A stretch of 32,000 nt of DNA from Wallemia ichthyophaga EXF-994. Lineage: Eukaryota; Fungi; Basidiomycota. The stretch is taken from positions 90,001 to 122,000 of the forward strand of contig NW_008806278.1 of assembly GCF_000400465.1 (NCBI RefSeq). Direction: 5' to 3'. Shown piece after piece: positions 1 to 12,267 of this stretch. A program made the translations under genes and the position numbers. The stretch's first letter is position 1. Every line of letters begins with the position of its first letter. The notes under the pieces are model-generated. The model was not told the origin of the DNA and did no database searches. It worked only from the letters and a program-made list of their open reading frames with translations.

Positions 1-1177
1 TATATAATAACCAGTAAAATGTAAAATACATTCAACATTTTCTAGTTTTTTGTCAATACGATCGTTGTTGGAATCCAAATTCGTCCTTGATAGCTGTCGT
101 TCTCTTCAGCTTATCGAATTGAGTGCATTTTTAGTCAATTTGTTAATCACATTTATATTTTCGATTGAGAGCAGCTTCTTATTCTCCTTCTCAAGCTCCT
201 TGTTCATCATAGCGAGTATATCTTCGAATCGAGCGTTTGAAGCCATTTGCAAGATGTTAAACTCATGTTATACAACAAATTAGCTCTCCCGCTTAATTGG
301 CCTCTGTTGACTAAGTACTTGTGGTTGCGCCTGGTCGTTATCGAACCCGTTTCTCCCTGTTGCCCCATTTCTTCCCAAGTGTCGATATGAGCGTAACCCA
401 GTGTCAATTTGCGCATTATCTACAATCTGGATTCATACTTAATCTCCTTTTTTAGCAAAATTTTCAGGCTTCTTTTCCCTCCCACTTATAAAAGAAGAGC
501 CCGTTAATCCTCCTCTCCTTGGTGCACTTTAGCTTTCACCCGCCCCAAACTCATGTTAGGGTTTCGAAGAATTCAACTTAGTTTTAAACCAATGATGCCG
601 AGCAATGTTAGAACAAAGGATTTACGTTTAGGAAGGAGGAAGCTGCTGAGAATACTTGAAACGCAACTCTTAAAGTAAAATCCAGATGAGAAATTTAAAA
701 TTTTGCAATTGCACGCATTCTCACAAAGACCGTAATTCAAACGGTATTGGTCGATAAGGTTGTTTCATTGAAAGATGATCATCTTTCTTAAAGGCATCTG
801 AAGCAGCAGAAGATGCGACAGAGCCATGTTATAAAAATTTTATTTTATTTGACTACTACTTAAGTTTTGTGCTTAACTCGAGTAGAAAATTTTCGACGTA
901 TCCAATTTAAGTTGCACCACTACACAGGCCATAACAAAATAGAGAGTACTATGAGGCTAATAAACGCCAATTCAAATTGCATTTATGAGCACATGCTTAC
1001 AACTATGAAATTACCGTTTCGACTTTGTACAAATGAGAATTGAGAAATACATTTACCAAATGAAGTTTACAACTCTATGCTGGCATCTTTTAAGCAGCAG
1101 TAATTTTACCGAAATTTACCATTTGTTTAGCGAGATGAGCCCAACCACGCTTTATACAAAACGACGAACGTCGAGCA

Positions 1178-1877
1178 ATGTCAGAAGCAGAGAAGGTGCG
1201 TGTTTTGTGAATATAACAACCACACACTAATACCCACCAATCAGCAACCAGAAGTACCAGCCACCCAGGAAGAAGAATCCACCGCGCAATTTGAGCCAGT
1301 CGTCAAGCTCACGGAGACAGTTCAAGTTAAAACCAATGAAGAAGACGAGCAAGTATTGTTCAAGATCAGAGCTAAGCTCTTTAGATTCGCAAAGGAATCC
1401 TCTGAGTGGAAGGAAAGGGGTACTGGTGATGTACGTATCCTCCAGCACAAAGAATCTAAAAAAGTTCGCTTGGTTATGCGTAGAGACAAGACTTTGAAGG
1501 TGTGCGCTAACCACTTTCTCACTGAGGATATGAAGCTGTCTCCAAATATTGGCAGTGATCGTAGTTGGGTGTGGGCTGTAGCTGCAGATATCTCTGACGG
1601 TGAACCTTGCGCTGAAACTCTGGCTATTAGATTCGCTAATGCTGACAACGCCAACGCTTTCAAAGAAAAATTCGAGCAAGGTGTCAAGATGAATAGCGAG
1701 TTGAATAATGACAAGGAGGAGAAAGCGGAGGAGAAGGCTGAGGAGAAGGATGAAAAGAAGGCAGAAGAGAAGGCAGAAGAGAAGGCAGAAGAGAAGGCAG
1801 AAGATAAACCAGAAGAGAAGGTAGAAGAAAAGCCAGAAAACTCCAAGCCAGAAGAATCCAAACCAGATTCAACTTAA
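1178..1877 (+). CDS. YRB1: Ran-binding protein 1 (RanBP1/Yrb1); exons 1178-1195, 1245-1877
   Basis: RanBD motifs [45 protein letters not shown] and WVW. ATG at 1178 (MSEAEK) joins in frame across a 49-nt GTGCGT..CTAAT..CAG intron (1196-1244). Confidence 0.95.
1716..1835 (+). repeat. Coding 12-bp imperfect tandem repeat, (E-E-K-A/P) about 10 units, in the YRB1 C-terminal tail
   Basis: gaggagaaagcg/gaggagaaggct/.../gaagagaaggca x3/gaagataaacca; translation [40 protein letters not shown]. Confidence 0.9.
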
Positions 1878-1920
1878 ACATACCATTCTAAAGTCATTTG
1901 AATGATAAAATTAATTTCAT

Positions 1921-2406
1921 CTACATCTTCGTATCTACCGCGAAAGTGTTAAGTAGACCATTCTGCCTAGCACGTCTGACTGCTTTACCCAATTTACGCT
2001 GCTCTTTCCAACTCAATCCTGTCTTCCTCCTTGATTGAATTTTACCCATTGAAGTTAAAAATACAGACATTGCATTTGGTGAGAGTGAGAGTGTGTTGAG
2101 ATCCGGTAACCTCACGGACTCTGGTGTTGGCGCTGTTTTGAAGAAATGTGCGGGTGTGTGAGCAAAGTTGGATGGATAATAAGCGTGTTGGGCTCTGAAT
2201 GCTTCTCTTGGGAGATATTCCAAGGGATCCTGTGGGATTACTAGGAATTATGCCTTAGTCTTCTGCGTCTACTCAACACCACACTCACCACGGCCATGCG
2301 CTTCCATTTGCTGTAACATACTATCCAATCCACCTGCATTCCCCCCTTTAACCTTATCCAATCGACTGCGACTGCCTACGAAATTTCTAGCCAGCGTCCT
2401 CAGCAT
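1921..2406 (-). CDS. RSM18: Mitochondrial ribosomal protein bS18m (Rsm18-like); exons 2406-2289, 2240-1921
   Basis: S18 family C-terminal signature TGLSWKEQRKLGKAVRRARQNGLL preceded by MGKIQSRRK. N-terminus MLRTLARNFVGSRSR resembles a mitochondrial presequence. A 48-nt GTGAGT..TAG intron (2288-2241) restores the frame. Confidence 0.85.
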
Positions 2407-2458
2407 CTGATGATGATCGAATGTATTAGAGATGGCATCTTGAACCAGAACCATCACC

Positions 2459-5400
2459 ATGTCAGGTCCACCACCAGGATTTGGTCCGCAAACTACGGCC
2501 ATATCCAATCAGGATCTATCTATTAAGATTAAGAAGCATCATCAATTCTCAAAGCGTCGCTGGGGACTTAAGAAACCTGGTGGCGCAGGTACTTCTGGCA
2601 GTGAGAAAGTTGAATTGCCTCCAGAGCACTTGCGTAAAATTATTAAAGATCACGGTGATATGTCACATATGCGTTATAGAAACGAGAAGCGTATTCACTT
2701 GGGTGCCCTCAAGTACGTTCCTCACGCTGTACTCAAACTTCTTGAAAATATCCCAATGCCTTGGGAGCAAGTACGTGAAGTGCCTGTACTCTATCACATT
2801 ACAGGCGCTATCACTTTTGTTAATCAAATTCCACGTGTTATTGAGGTGCGTCGTCTCGCTCTACTCCATTAGCAAATCTAACTTAATCCACCCAATAGCC
2901 TGTCTACCACGCTCAATGGGCTTCCATGTGGCTCGCTATGCGTAGAGAAAAGCGTGACAGAAGACACTTTAAGCGTATGAGATTTCCTCCCTTCGATGAT
3001 GAAGAACCTCCACTCGATTACAGCGACAACATTCTCGACGTTGAGCCTCTTGAAGCCATTCAACTTCCTCTAGACGAAGAGGAGGATGCTCCTATTATTG
3101 ATTGGTTCTACGATCCAAAACCACTCGAAGACACGGTGCATGTTAACGGTCCTTCCTACAAACAATGGTCCCTCGATTTGCCACAAATGGCTAACCTTCA
3201 CAGAATTGGTAAATCTATACTCTCTGAAACGCATGACCGTAAAAATGCCAGTCACTTGTTCGAAGATAAGGCTTTCTTCACCTCAAAAGCTCTCAACATG
3301 GCCATCCCAGGTGGTCCAAAATTCGAGCCTTTGTTCAAGGATGATTTGGATGATGACGAGGATTGGAATGAGTTTAATGATATTAACAAGGTTATCATCC
3401 GTCAGCCAATTCGCACTGAATACAAAATCGCTTTCCCACACCTATACAACTCTCGTCCAAGAGCTGTTCAAATTGGTCCATACCACTCCCCTCAATCTCA
3501 ATACATCCGCACAGATGACCCTGATATGCCTGCTTTCTATTTTGATCCTTCCATAAATCCCATCTCATCAAGAGCTGTAGCTGGTGCAGCCAACACACCA
3601 CAAATCAGCCATGAGGATGAGATATTTGGCGAGGATGAGGAAGATGAATTTGAATTACCTCAAGATATGGGTGCATTTTTGGAAGATAAACCAGTACATA
3701 CTGAACGTACATCTGACGCAATCAGCCTTTGGTGGGCGCCTGCTCCATATAATACTCGCTCAGGTACAATGCGCAGAGCTCAGGATATACCGCTCATCAA
3801 AGACTGGTACATGGAACACTGCCCACCTGGTATGCCAGTCAAGGTGAGAGTTTCCTACCAAAAACTCTTGAAAGTTTACGTCCTCAACAAACTCCATCAA
3901 CGTCCACCAAAGCCCCAAATTAAGAAACGGTTAGTTCAAAGTCTCAAAAGTACAAAATTCTTTCAGCAGACAACTATTGATTGGGTTGAAGCTGGTCTCC
4001 AGGTCGTTCGCCAAGGTTATAACATGCTCAATTTGCTTATTCACCGCAAAAACCTTAACTACCTCCACTTGGATTACAACATGAACTTGAAGCCTGTTAA
4101 AACGCTCACAACTAAGGAGCGTAAGAAGAGTAGATTTGGTAACGCTTTCCACCTTTTGCGTGAAATTCTTCGCTTAACAAAGTTGATCGTCGATGTGCAC
4201 GTTCAATTTAGGTTAGGATTATGTGATGCGTTCCAGCTGGCCGATGGTCTCCAATATTCTTTCGCACACGTCGGTCAACTCACCGGTATGTATAGATACA
4301 AGTACAAGATTATGAGACAGATCAGAATGTGCAAGGATCTCAAACATCTAATTTACTACCGCTTCAACACTGGCCCAGTAGGAAAAGGACCTGGTGTAGG
4401 TTTCTGGGCACCAGGTTGGCGTGTGTGGTTGTTTTTCTTGAGAGGTATTGTTCCACTTCTCGAGAGGTGGCTCGGCAACTTGCTTGCTAGACAGTTCGAG
4501 GGTCGTAATAGCAGGGGTGTAGCGAAGAATGTCACCAAGCAGCGTGTCGAGTCGCATTATGATCTTGAATTGCGTGCTGCTGTTATGCACGATATCCTTG
4601 ATATGATGCCTGAATCTCTCAAACAGAACAAGGCAAAGACCATCCTTCAGCATCTTTCTGAAGCTTGGAGATGTGAGTATAGAGTTTAAATTGATCAGGG
4701 ACTCTTTTGCTAACACCTGCTTAGGCTGGAAGGCTAATATTCCTTGGAAAGTACCTGGTATGCCTACCGCGATTGAGAACATTATCCTCCGTTACGTTAA
4801 GAATAAGGCTGATTGGTGGACATCCGTAGCTCACTATAACCGCGAGCGTATTCGTCGCGGTGCTACAGTTGACAAAGCCGTCGTTAAGAAGAATCTCGGT
4901 CGTCTTACTAGACTCTACCTAAAGCAAGAGCAAGAGAGACAGCACGGTTACCTCAAAGATGGTCCATACATCTCATCTGAAGAAGCCGTTGCGCTGTACA
5001 CCTCGACTGTCCACTGGCTCGAAAGCAGGAAATTTTCTCCAATTCCATTCCCTCCATTGTCGTACAAGCACGACACCAAGATTCTCGTTCTCGCTTTGGA
5101 AAGACTTAAGGAAGCATACTCTGTACAAGGTCGTCTCAATCAATCACAAAGAGAGGAATTGGCACTGATCGAACAAGCCTACGACAACCCACACGAGTGT
5201 CTGTCTAGAATTAAGAGATTGCTGCTGACTCAGCGTGCATTTAAGGAAGCCGGTATTGAGTTCTTCGATACTTATGACAAGCTCGTTCCTTGTTATGATA
5301 TTGAACCTGTCGAAAAGATCACTGATGCTTACCTCGATCAATTCCTCTTCTTCGAGGCTGACAAGAGGGGTCTTTTCCCTTCATGGGTGAAACCAGCTGA

Positions 5401-8400
5401 TACTGAGCCACCTCCATTACTCACCTACAAGTGGGCTCAAGGTGAGTTGTTTTCGAGTGATTTTATACCGGCTAAAATATGCGATAGGTATCAATAATCT
5501 TTCTGACGTCTGGGAGACCAGTGAAGGTGAATGCGTGGTTATGATGGAGACGCAGTTGAGCAGGGTCTACGAGAAAGTCGACTTGACTCTCCTCAACAGA
5601 CTTCTTAGACTAATCATGGACCACAACTTGGCTGACTACATTACTGCAAAAAACAACACTCCACTTACTTACAAAGATATGTCCCACGTTAACTCTTATG
5701 GTCTGATTAGAGGTCTTCAGTTCTCCGCATTCGTCTTCCAATTCTATGGCTTAGTGCTTGATCTACTCATCCTTGGATTAAATAGAGCTTCCGAGATGGC
5801 TGGACCTCCACAGTCGCCCAACAGCTTCCTTCAATACAAGGACACAGCCACTGAGGTTGCGCACCCTGTCAGACTCTACTCTCGATACGTCGACAAGATC
5901 CACATTCTCTTCAAGTTTGACGCAGAGCAATCTAGAGATCTCATCCAGAGGTACCTGTCTGCCAATCCAGATCCAACTAACTCGAACATTATCGGCTACA
6001 ACAACAAGAAGTGCTGGCCAAGAGACTGTCGTATGCGTCTGATTAAACACGACGTGAACCTTGGAAGAGCGGTGTTCTGGAATGTGAAGAACTCCCTCCC
6101 AAGGTCTTTAACTACTATTGAGTGGGAGGATACGTTTGCGAGTGTGTACTCGAAGGACAATCCACAGCTCCTCTTCTCTATGCATGGCTTCGAGCTGCGT
6201 ATCCTGCCCAAGATCAGAGCGATGAATAGCGAGCAATACAGACTCAATGATGGTGTATGGAATCTTACCAACGAAGCTACGAAGGAGCGTACAGCACAGG
6301 CTTATTTGAGGGTATCTGACGACGGCATCAATGCATTTAACAATCGTATACGTCAAGTGCTTATGAGTTCAGGATCGACTACCTTCTCCAAGATCATCAA
6401 CAAATGGAACACGACCATCATCGGTTTGATGACATACTACCGTGAGGCTGTTCTGCATACGAATGAACTTCTCGACTCGCTCGTCAAGGCTGAGAACAAG
6501 GTACAGACCAGAGTCAAAATTGGTCTCAATTCAAAGATGCCTTCACGTTTTCCACCTGTAGTGTTCTACTCGCCAAAGGAGCTTGGCGGTTTAGGTATGC
6601 TTTCGATGGGTCACGTCCTCATTCCTCAGTCTGACCTTAGGTGGTCGAAGCAAACTGATACGGGTATTACACACTTCAGATCTGGTATGACGCATGAAGA
6701 TGACCAGCTCATTCCAAATCTTTACAGATATATCCAGCCATGGGAAGCTGAGTTCGTCGATTCTGCTAGGGTCTGGTCGGAGTATGCTATGAAGCGTAAA
6801 GAGGCAGTCAGTCAGAATAGGAGATTGACACTTGAAGATCTCGAAGATAGCTGGGATAGAGGTATACCGCGGATCAACACTCTATTCCAAAAGGATAGAC
6901 ATACCCTTGCGTACGATAAGGGATGGAGAGTGCGTACAGATTGGAAGCAGTACCAGCTACTCAAGCACAATCCATTCTGGTGGACGTCGCAGCGCCACGA
7001 TGGTAAATTATGGCAGCTGAACAACTACCGTGTGGACGTTATTGCTGCTCTTGGTGGTGTTGAATCTATTCTCGAGCACACATTGTTCAAGGGAACTTAC
7101 TTCCCAACCTGGGAAGGTCTCTTCTGGGAGAAAGCTAGTGGATTCGAAGAATCGATGAAATACAAAAAGCTCACAAATGCTCAAAGATCCGGTTTGAACC
7201 AAATTCCAAACAGAAGATTCACTCTGTGGTGGTCACCTACGATTAATCGCGCGAATGTCTACGTTGGTTTCCAAGTCCAGCTTGATCTCACTGGTATTTT
7301 CATGCACGGTAAAATCCCAACACTCAAGATCTCACTTATTCAAATCTTCCGTGCGCACTTGTGGCAGAAGATTCACGAGTCTGTCGTCATGGATTTGTGT
7401 CAGGTCTTTGACCAGGAGTTGGAAGCACTTCAGATCGAGACTGTCCAAAAAGAGACAATCCATCCACGTAAATCTTACAAGATGAACTCTTCATGTGCTG
7501 ACATCCTTCTCTTCTCGGCTTACAAGTGGAATATTGCCAGACCTTCGCTGCTGAATGACAGCAAGGATGTTTTGGATGGTACTACGTCGAACAAGTTCTG
7601 GGTTGATGTTCAGCTCAGATTTGGTGACTTTGACTCTCACGATATTGAGAGATACACCAGAGCCAAGTTCTTGGATTACACCAGCGACCCATCTTCCATG
7701 TACCCATCTCCAACTGGTTGCATGGTTGGTATTGACTTGGCCTATAACCTGTACACCTCGTACGGTAATTGGTTCCCTGGTCTTAAGCCACTTATGCAGC
7801 AAGCTATGGCCAAGATCATGAAGGCTAACCCAGCTCTGTACGTCTTGAGAGAGCGTATTAGAAAGTCGCTCCAGCTCTACTCCTCGGAGCCAACCGAGCC
7901 ATACCTCAACTCACAGAACTACTCGGAGCTGTTCTCCAACCAAACTATCTGGTTCGTCGATGATACTAATGTCTACCGTGTCACTATACACAAGACATTC
8001 GAAGGTAACCTCACCACTAAGCCAATTAACGGTGCTATCTTTATCTTCAACCCAAGAACTGGTCAACTGTTCCTGAAAATCATTCACACATCTGTCTGGG
8101 CTGGTCAGAAGCGTCTCGGTCAGCTTGCCAAGTGGAAGACGGCCGAAGAAGTTGCTGCTCTTATTCGCTCACTTCCTGTTGAAGAGCAACCTAAGCAGAT
8201 TATTGTTACTAGAAAGGGTATGCTTGATCCATTGGAGGTTCACCTTCTCGATTTCCCGTGAGTGATTCACTTTTCGCTATGGCACTTCTAACACTCTTCT
8301 CCAGTAACATTGTGATTAAGGGCTCTGAACTGCAGCTACCATTCCAAGCCTGCCTGAAGCTGGAGAAGTTTGGAGACCTTATCTTGCGCGCTACTCAGCC

Positions 8401-9732
8401 CCAGATGGTGCTGTTCTCACTCTACGACGACTGGCTGAAGGAGATCTCGTCATACACGGCTTTCTCCCGTCTCATTTTGATCCTGCGTGGATTGCACGTC
8501 AACAATGAAAAGGCAAAGATTATCCTGCGTCCAGACAAGAACACAATCACCGAGCCTCACCACATCTGGCCATCGCTTTCAGCGGAAGACTGGATCAAGG
8601 TGGAGTCACAGCTCAGAGATCTTATCGTCAACGACTTTGGTAAACGTAACTCTGTCAATACTGCGTCTCTCACTCAGTCTGAAATCCGTGATATCATTCT
8701 TGGTATGGAGATCAGCGCACCTTCTATCCAACGTCAACAGATGGCCGAAGTCGAAAACTCGGCTGCTGACGCAAATCAAATCACAGCACTGCAAACCAAG
8801 ACTACTAACGTTCATGGTGATGAGATTAATGTTGTCACAACTACGAACTACGAGAATCAACAGTTTGCCAGCAAGTCTGATTGGAGAGCTAGGGCTATTT
8901 CTTCAACCAACTTGCCATTAAGAGTGCAGCACGTTTTCGTCTCGAACGATGACGTCAAGGACGATAGCCAGGCGTACACTTATGTCATTCCAAAGAATAT
9001 TCTCAGGCAATTTATTATCAGCGGTGATCTTCGCACGCAGGTGGCTGGTTTCTTGTACGGTGTCTCGCCACCCGACAATCCACAGATCAAAGAAATCAAA
9101 GCGATAGCATGGGTGCCACAGCGCGGTTCATTCAACAACGTTGAACTGCCTAGCAGCCTTCCTGAGCACGAGTACCTCCTCAATGATCTCGAGCCTCTTG
9201 GTTGGATTAAGACACAATCTCTTGAGCTCAACCACCTCAGTCCGCAAGATGTCACAACGCAGGCACGAGTCATGGCAAACAACCCCGCTTGGGGTCCAAG
9301 CTCTATTTGTTTGGTCTGCTCGTTCACACCAGGCAGTGTTAGCTTGTCTGCATACACGCTCACTGTGAATGGCTTCGAATGGGGTCGCAAGAACCAGGAC
9401 TTAGGTGGACAGCCGGCTGGCTTCAGTCCTAACTTCTCAGAGCGCACACAGCTGCTCCTTTCTGACCGCATTCTTGGTATGACGCTTGTACCTGGTGGGT
9501 TTAACCTTCTTTAGCACCGCGCACTCACTCACTCACTCACTTTCTTACAGAGGGCGGCATTTGGAATTATTCTCTTTCGCTCTCCCAGCAATGGACACCG
9601 GCGATGCCCTACCAAATCTCGCTAGCTAGACCTACCTCGTTCTGGGCTGACGTTCACCGTCCGCTCCAGTTTGCTAATTTCTCAGAACTGAGCAATAACG
9701 CGGACGCGGATGTCGAAAACAGCTTGGCTTAA
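2459..9732 (+). CDS. PRP8: U5 snRNP splicing factor Prp8; exons 2459-2845, 2899-4672, 4725-5441, 5488-8257, 8305-9494, 9551-9732
   Basis: Continuous Prp8 motifs: [76 protein letters not shown], and C-terminal WNYS..HRP. Five introns (53, 52, 46, 47, 56 nt) each restore a conserved junction (IE|PVY, WRC|WKAN, QG|INN, FP|NIV, VP|EGGIWNY). Stop TAA at 9730-9732. Confidence 0.98.
9522..9541 (+). repeat. (CACT)5 microsatellite inside PRP8 intron 5
   Basis: cactcactcactcactcact read directly, 9 nt upstream of the acceptor end at 9550. Confidence 0.9.
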
Positions 9733-10000
9733 GTTATTGTATAAATAATAAATCTTTCATTTTTCATCTTTTTCGATCACATTCATATAGTCACTGATGG
9801 CATTCGGAGCGTGGTGCACGGATCGAATCCGTTTAATTAAGCGCTATCTCGCGTGATATAAAAAATAGCTCAGGGAATTGATATGCGGAATAATCGGCTA
9901 TTTTGGTCATATAGGCTTCTTTAATGCTCATAACGTAAAAAAAGGTTGTCAATTACTACACTCACGATGCTTCTTTTAAGTTCGCATCGGAGAAAACCCG

Positions 10001-10137
10001 TGAGTCAAATTTTGAGGGTGTCTCACCGCGGATCCGCTGATAACCGGGGGAAATAATTTCCGGTGCCTTGGTTTACTAATTCATGTCCTCTTAATTGAAC
10101 GCTGATAGAGTTAGTACTAGATTGTAACGCTGATAAG
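10001..10137 (+). promoter_or_regulatory. Putative nitrogen/amino-acid control elements upstream of the peptide transporter
   Basis: TGAGTCA (Gcn4/CpcA/AP-1 consensus) at 10001-10007. CGCTGATA three times (10035, 10100, 10128; the last is a full GATAAG). Inverted ACCGG..GGAAA-TAA-TTTCC..GGT at 10043-10064. Confidence 0.45.
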
Positions 10138-10253
10138 CTATACTATTTGAGAAGATATAGCACTCTTCTTTTCAAGCAGTGGATCATCAAGAAATTTTGA
10201 AATCACATAACCTTCACCAAGTAATTAAACATCAGCAAAGTAACAAACTTAGT

Positions 10254-12267
10254 ATGAATAGCATTGAAGCCGAAGTAGTAGCGAGCGGAGCCGCTCTGGC
10301 CAACGATCATCGCGACACTGCTGCTAGCGGGGGCCATTTGGCACCGCCACATCAAGCTGGTATACCCACCATCGCGCCTTATGGAGACGAGAAGATGGAT
10401 AAATTAGATGAAAAAGGCATGATTATCGATCCGGAAAATTACAACATTCAAGACGTCGATGTAGAAGGTACCTTCCCCACTGAAGAAGAACAAGCGGTTT
10501 TACCAAGAACTTCTGAAAGTGTGCGTCGGCTTGATTAGTTTCCTCTCCATCTGACATGAATATTAGGTGTCTTGGTATGTCTTTCTCATTGTCTTGGTAG
10601 AATTTGCAGAGAGGTTCGTCAACTCAAAGTAGACAAACATGCGCTAAATAGATTGCTGAAAGATTTGCATACTACGGAATTACTGGTGTCTTCGCCAATG
10701 AGATCCAGAATCCAATGCCAACTGGAAGTACTGCCGGTAATCTAGTTTCTGACATGAGTGAGACACCTGGGGCGCTCGATATGGGCCAGCAAGCATCTAC
10801 AGGCTTAACAAATTTCTTCTCCTTCTGGTGGTAAGTGAAATATTCAAATAAATGCCTGCTTGACCCACAATCAGCTACCTCACGCCTATAATTGGTAATG
10901 AATCATAGTACCCTCACTTTTCTATTTAACGCCTTTTAGGTGGCATAATCGCCGACACAAAGCTAGGAAAATATTGGACTATCGTGGTTTTTTCGTCTAT
11001 TTACTTGGTTGGTCTGATTATCCTAACTTGCACGAACATTCCACCGGCACTATCTGGCGATAGGGATGCCGGATTGGGTGGACTTATCACTGCAATGATT
11101 ATCATTGGTCTGGGAACTGGTGGTATCAAGAGCAATATTTCGATCTGGCTCGCTGAGCAAATCAAGACTGACACAATGTATGTACACACCAACAAGAAAG
11201 GCGAGAAGGAAATAGTAGATCCAAATATCACAGTTCAACGCATATTCTCGTGGTTTTACTTCACTATCAATTGTGGATCTCTAGCATCCCTCGCAACCAC
11301 GTCATCAGAGCGCAAGGTTGGTTTTTGGCTGGCATACACCTTGCCAACGATAGTTTTTTGCTTCATACCAGTGCTGCTCACATTTATGTATACTAGATTG
11401 AAGCATCTTCCACCCAGAGGCAGTGTTCTTATTGAAACTGTCAAAGTCTGTAAAGCAGCTTGGAGCAAGAGGAGTTGGTCTGCAGCTAAACCTGACGCCT
11501 ATGAACAGCAATACGGTTCAAAACCAACATGGGATGGCGCTTTCGTTGATGAAGTTCAAAGAGGCCTCAGAGCTAGCCGAATCTTTATCTTCTATCCGGT
11601 TTACTGGGTTTGCTATAACAATAACACTAACAATTTGGTTTCAATGGCTGGTAGCCTGAGAAGTGACGGTACTCCTAATGACCTTATTCAAAACATTAAT
11701 CCGATCTCCCTTATTATTTTCATTCCCTTATTGGATCTCGGAGTGTATCCGGCGCTCAGAAAGATGGGAATCAGTGTAAGACCGGTTGCTCGTATTGCTC
11801 TGGGATTCATTACAGCTTCCCTTGCCATGGTGTATTGCGCTGTGTTCCAACACTTTATTTATTCGAAGCTGTCACCGTGTGGTGAATACGCAACTCAATG
11901 TGGCGAGCCAGCTGACATGAATGTATGGATGGTAGCACCAGCATACGCTCTGATAGGACTTTCAGAGTGCTTCGCATCCATCACCGGTCTAGAATACGCG
12001 TTTCAAAAAGCTCCCGCTAATTTGAAATCCTTGATTATGGCCATATTCTTACTTCAAACTGCGTTCGGAAATGCTATTAATCTTGCAGTACTGCCAGTAA
12101 CTGAGGATCCACACCTTGTTTGGCTTTACACAGGATTCGCTTGTGCTGCGTTTGTTGCTGGTATAGCATTCTATGCCACCTTCTGGAGCTGGGACAAGAC
12201 TGAAGAAGCAGACAACGCTGTTGGCAGAGGTGGAAGAATGGAGAAAGAGGATACCAGAAAACCTTAA
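10254..12267 (+). CDS. PTR2: POT/PTR family di/tripeptide transporter; exons 10254-10520, 10567-10613, 10663-10830, 10875-10894, 10940-12267
   Basis: Splicing four introns (46, 49, 44, 45 nt) gives the ExxERFxYYG motif (EFAERFAYYG), YLTPIIGGIIAD, GLGTGGIKSNI, FYFTINCGSL and TGLEYAFQKAP, plus multiple hydrophobic helices. Confidence 0.93.

Noticed and set aside
1227-1881. Antisense and alternative-frame ORFs over YRB1, and similarly over PRP8, MSH6, CMD1 and others
   Set aside because: They are shadows of strongly conserved coding sequence or of the EEKA repeat, with no independent motifs.
2269-2508. Longer RSM18 N-terminus overlapping the PRP8 start
   Set aside because: The in-frame upstream extension is the antisense of the PRP8 5' end. 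MLRTLAR at 2406 is the better presequence start.
7110-7160. PRP8 intein (known insertion site in Cryptococcus and some ascomycetes, between EKA and SGFEE)
   Set aside because: The site is empty: FWEKA|SGFEES is contiguous at 7136/7137, and no other insertion was seen in the protein.
9785-9835. tRNA or tRNA-derived SINE suggested by the T-arm-like hairpin ACGG-ATCGAAT-CCGT (9817-9831)
   Set aside because: No acceptor, D or anticodon stems could be built, and the A-box-like sequence is too close. tRNAscan-SE would settle it.
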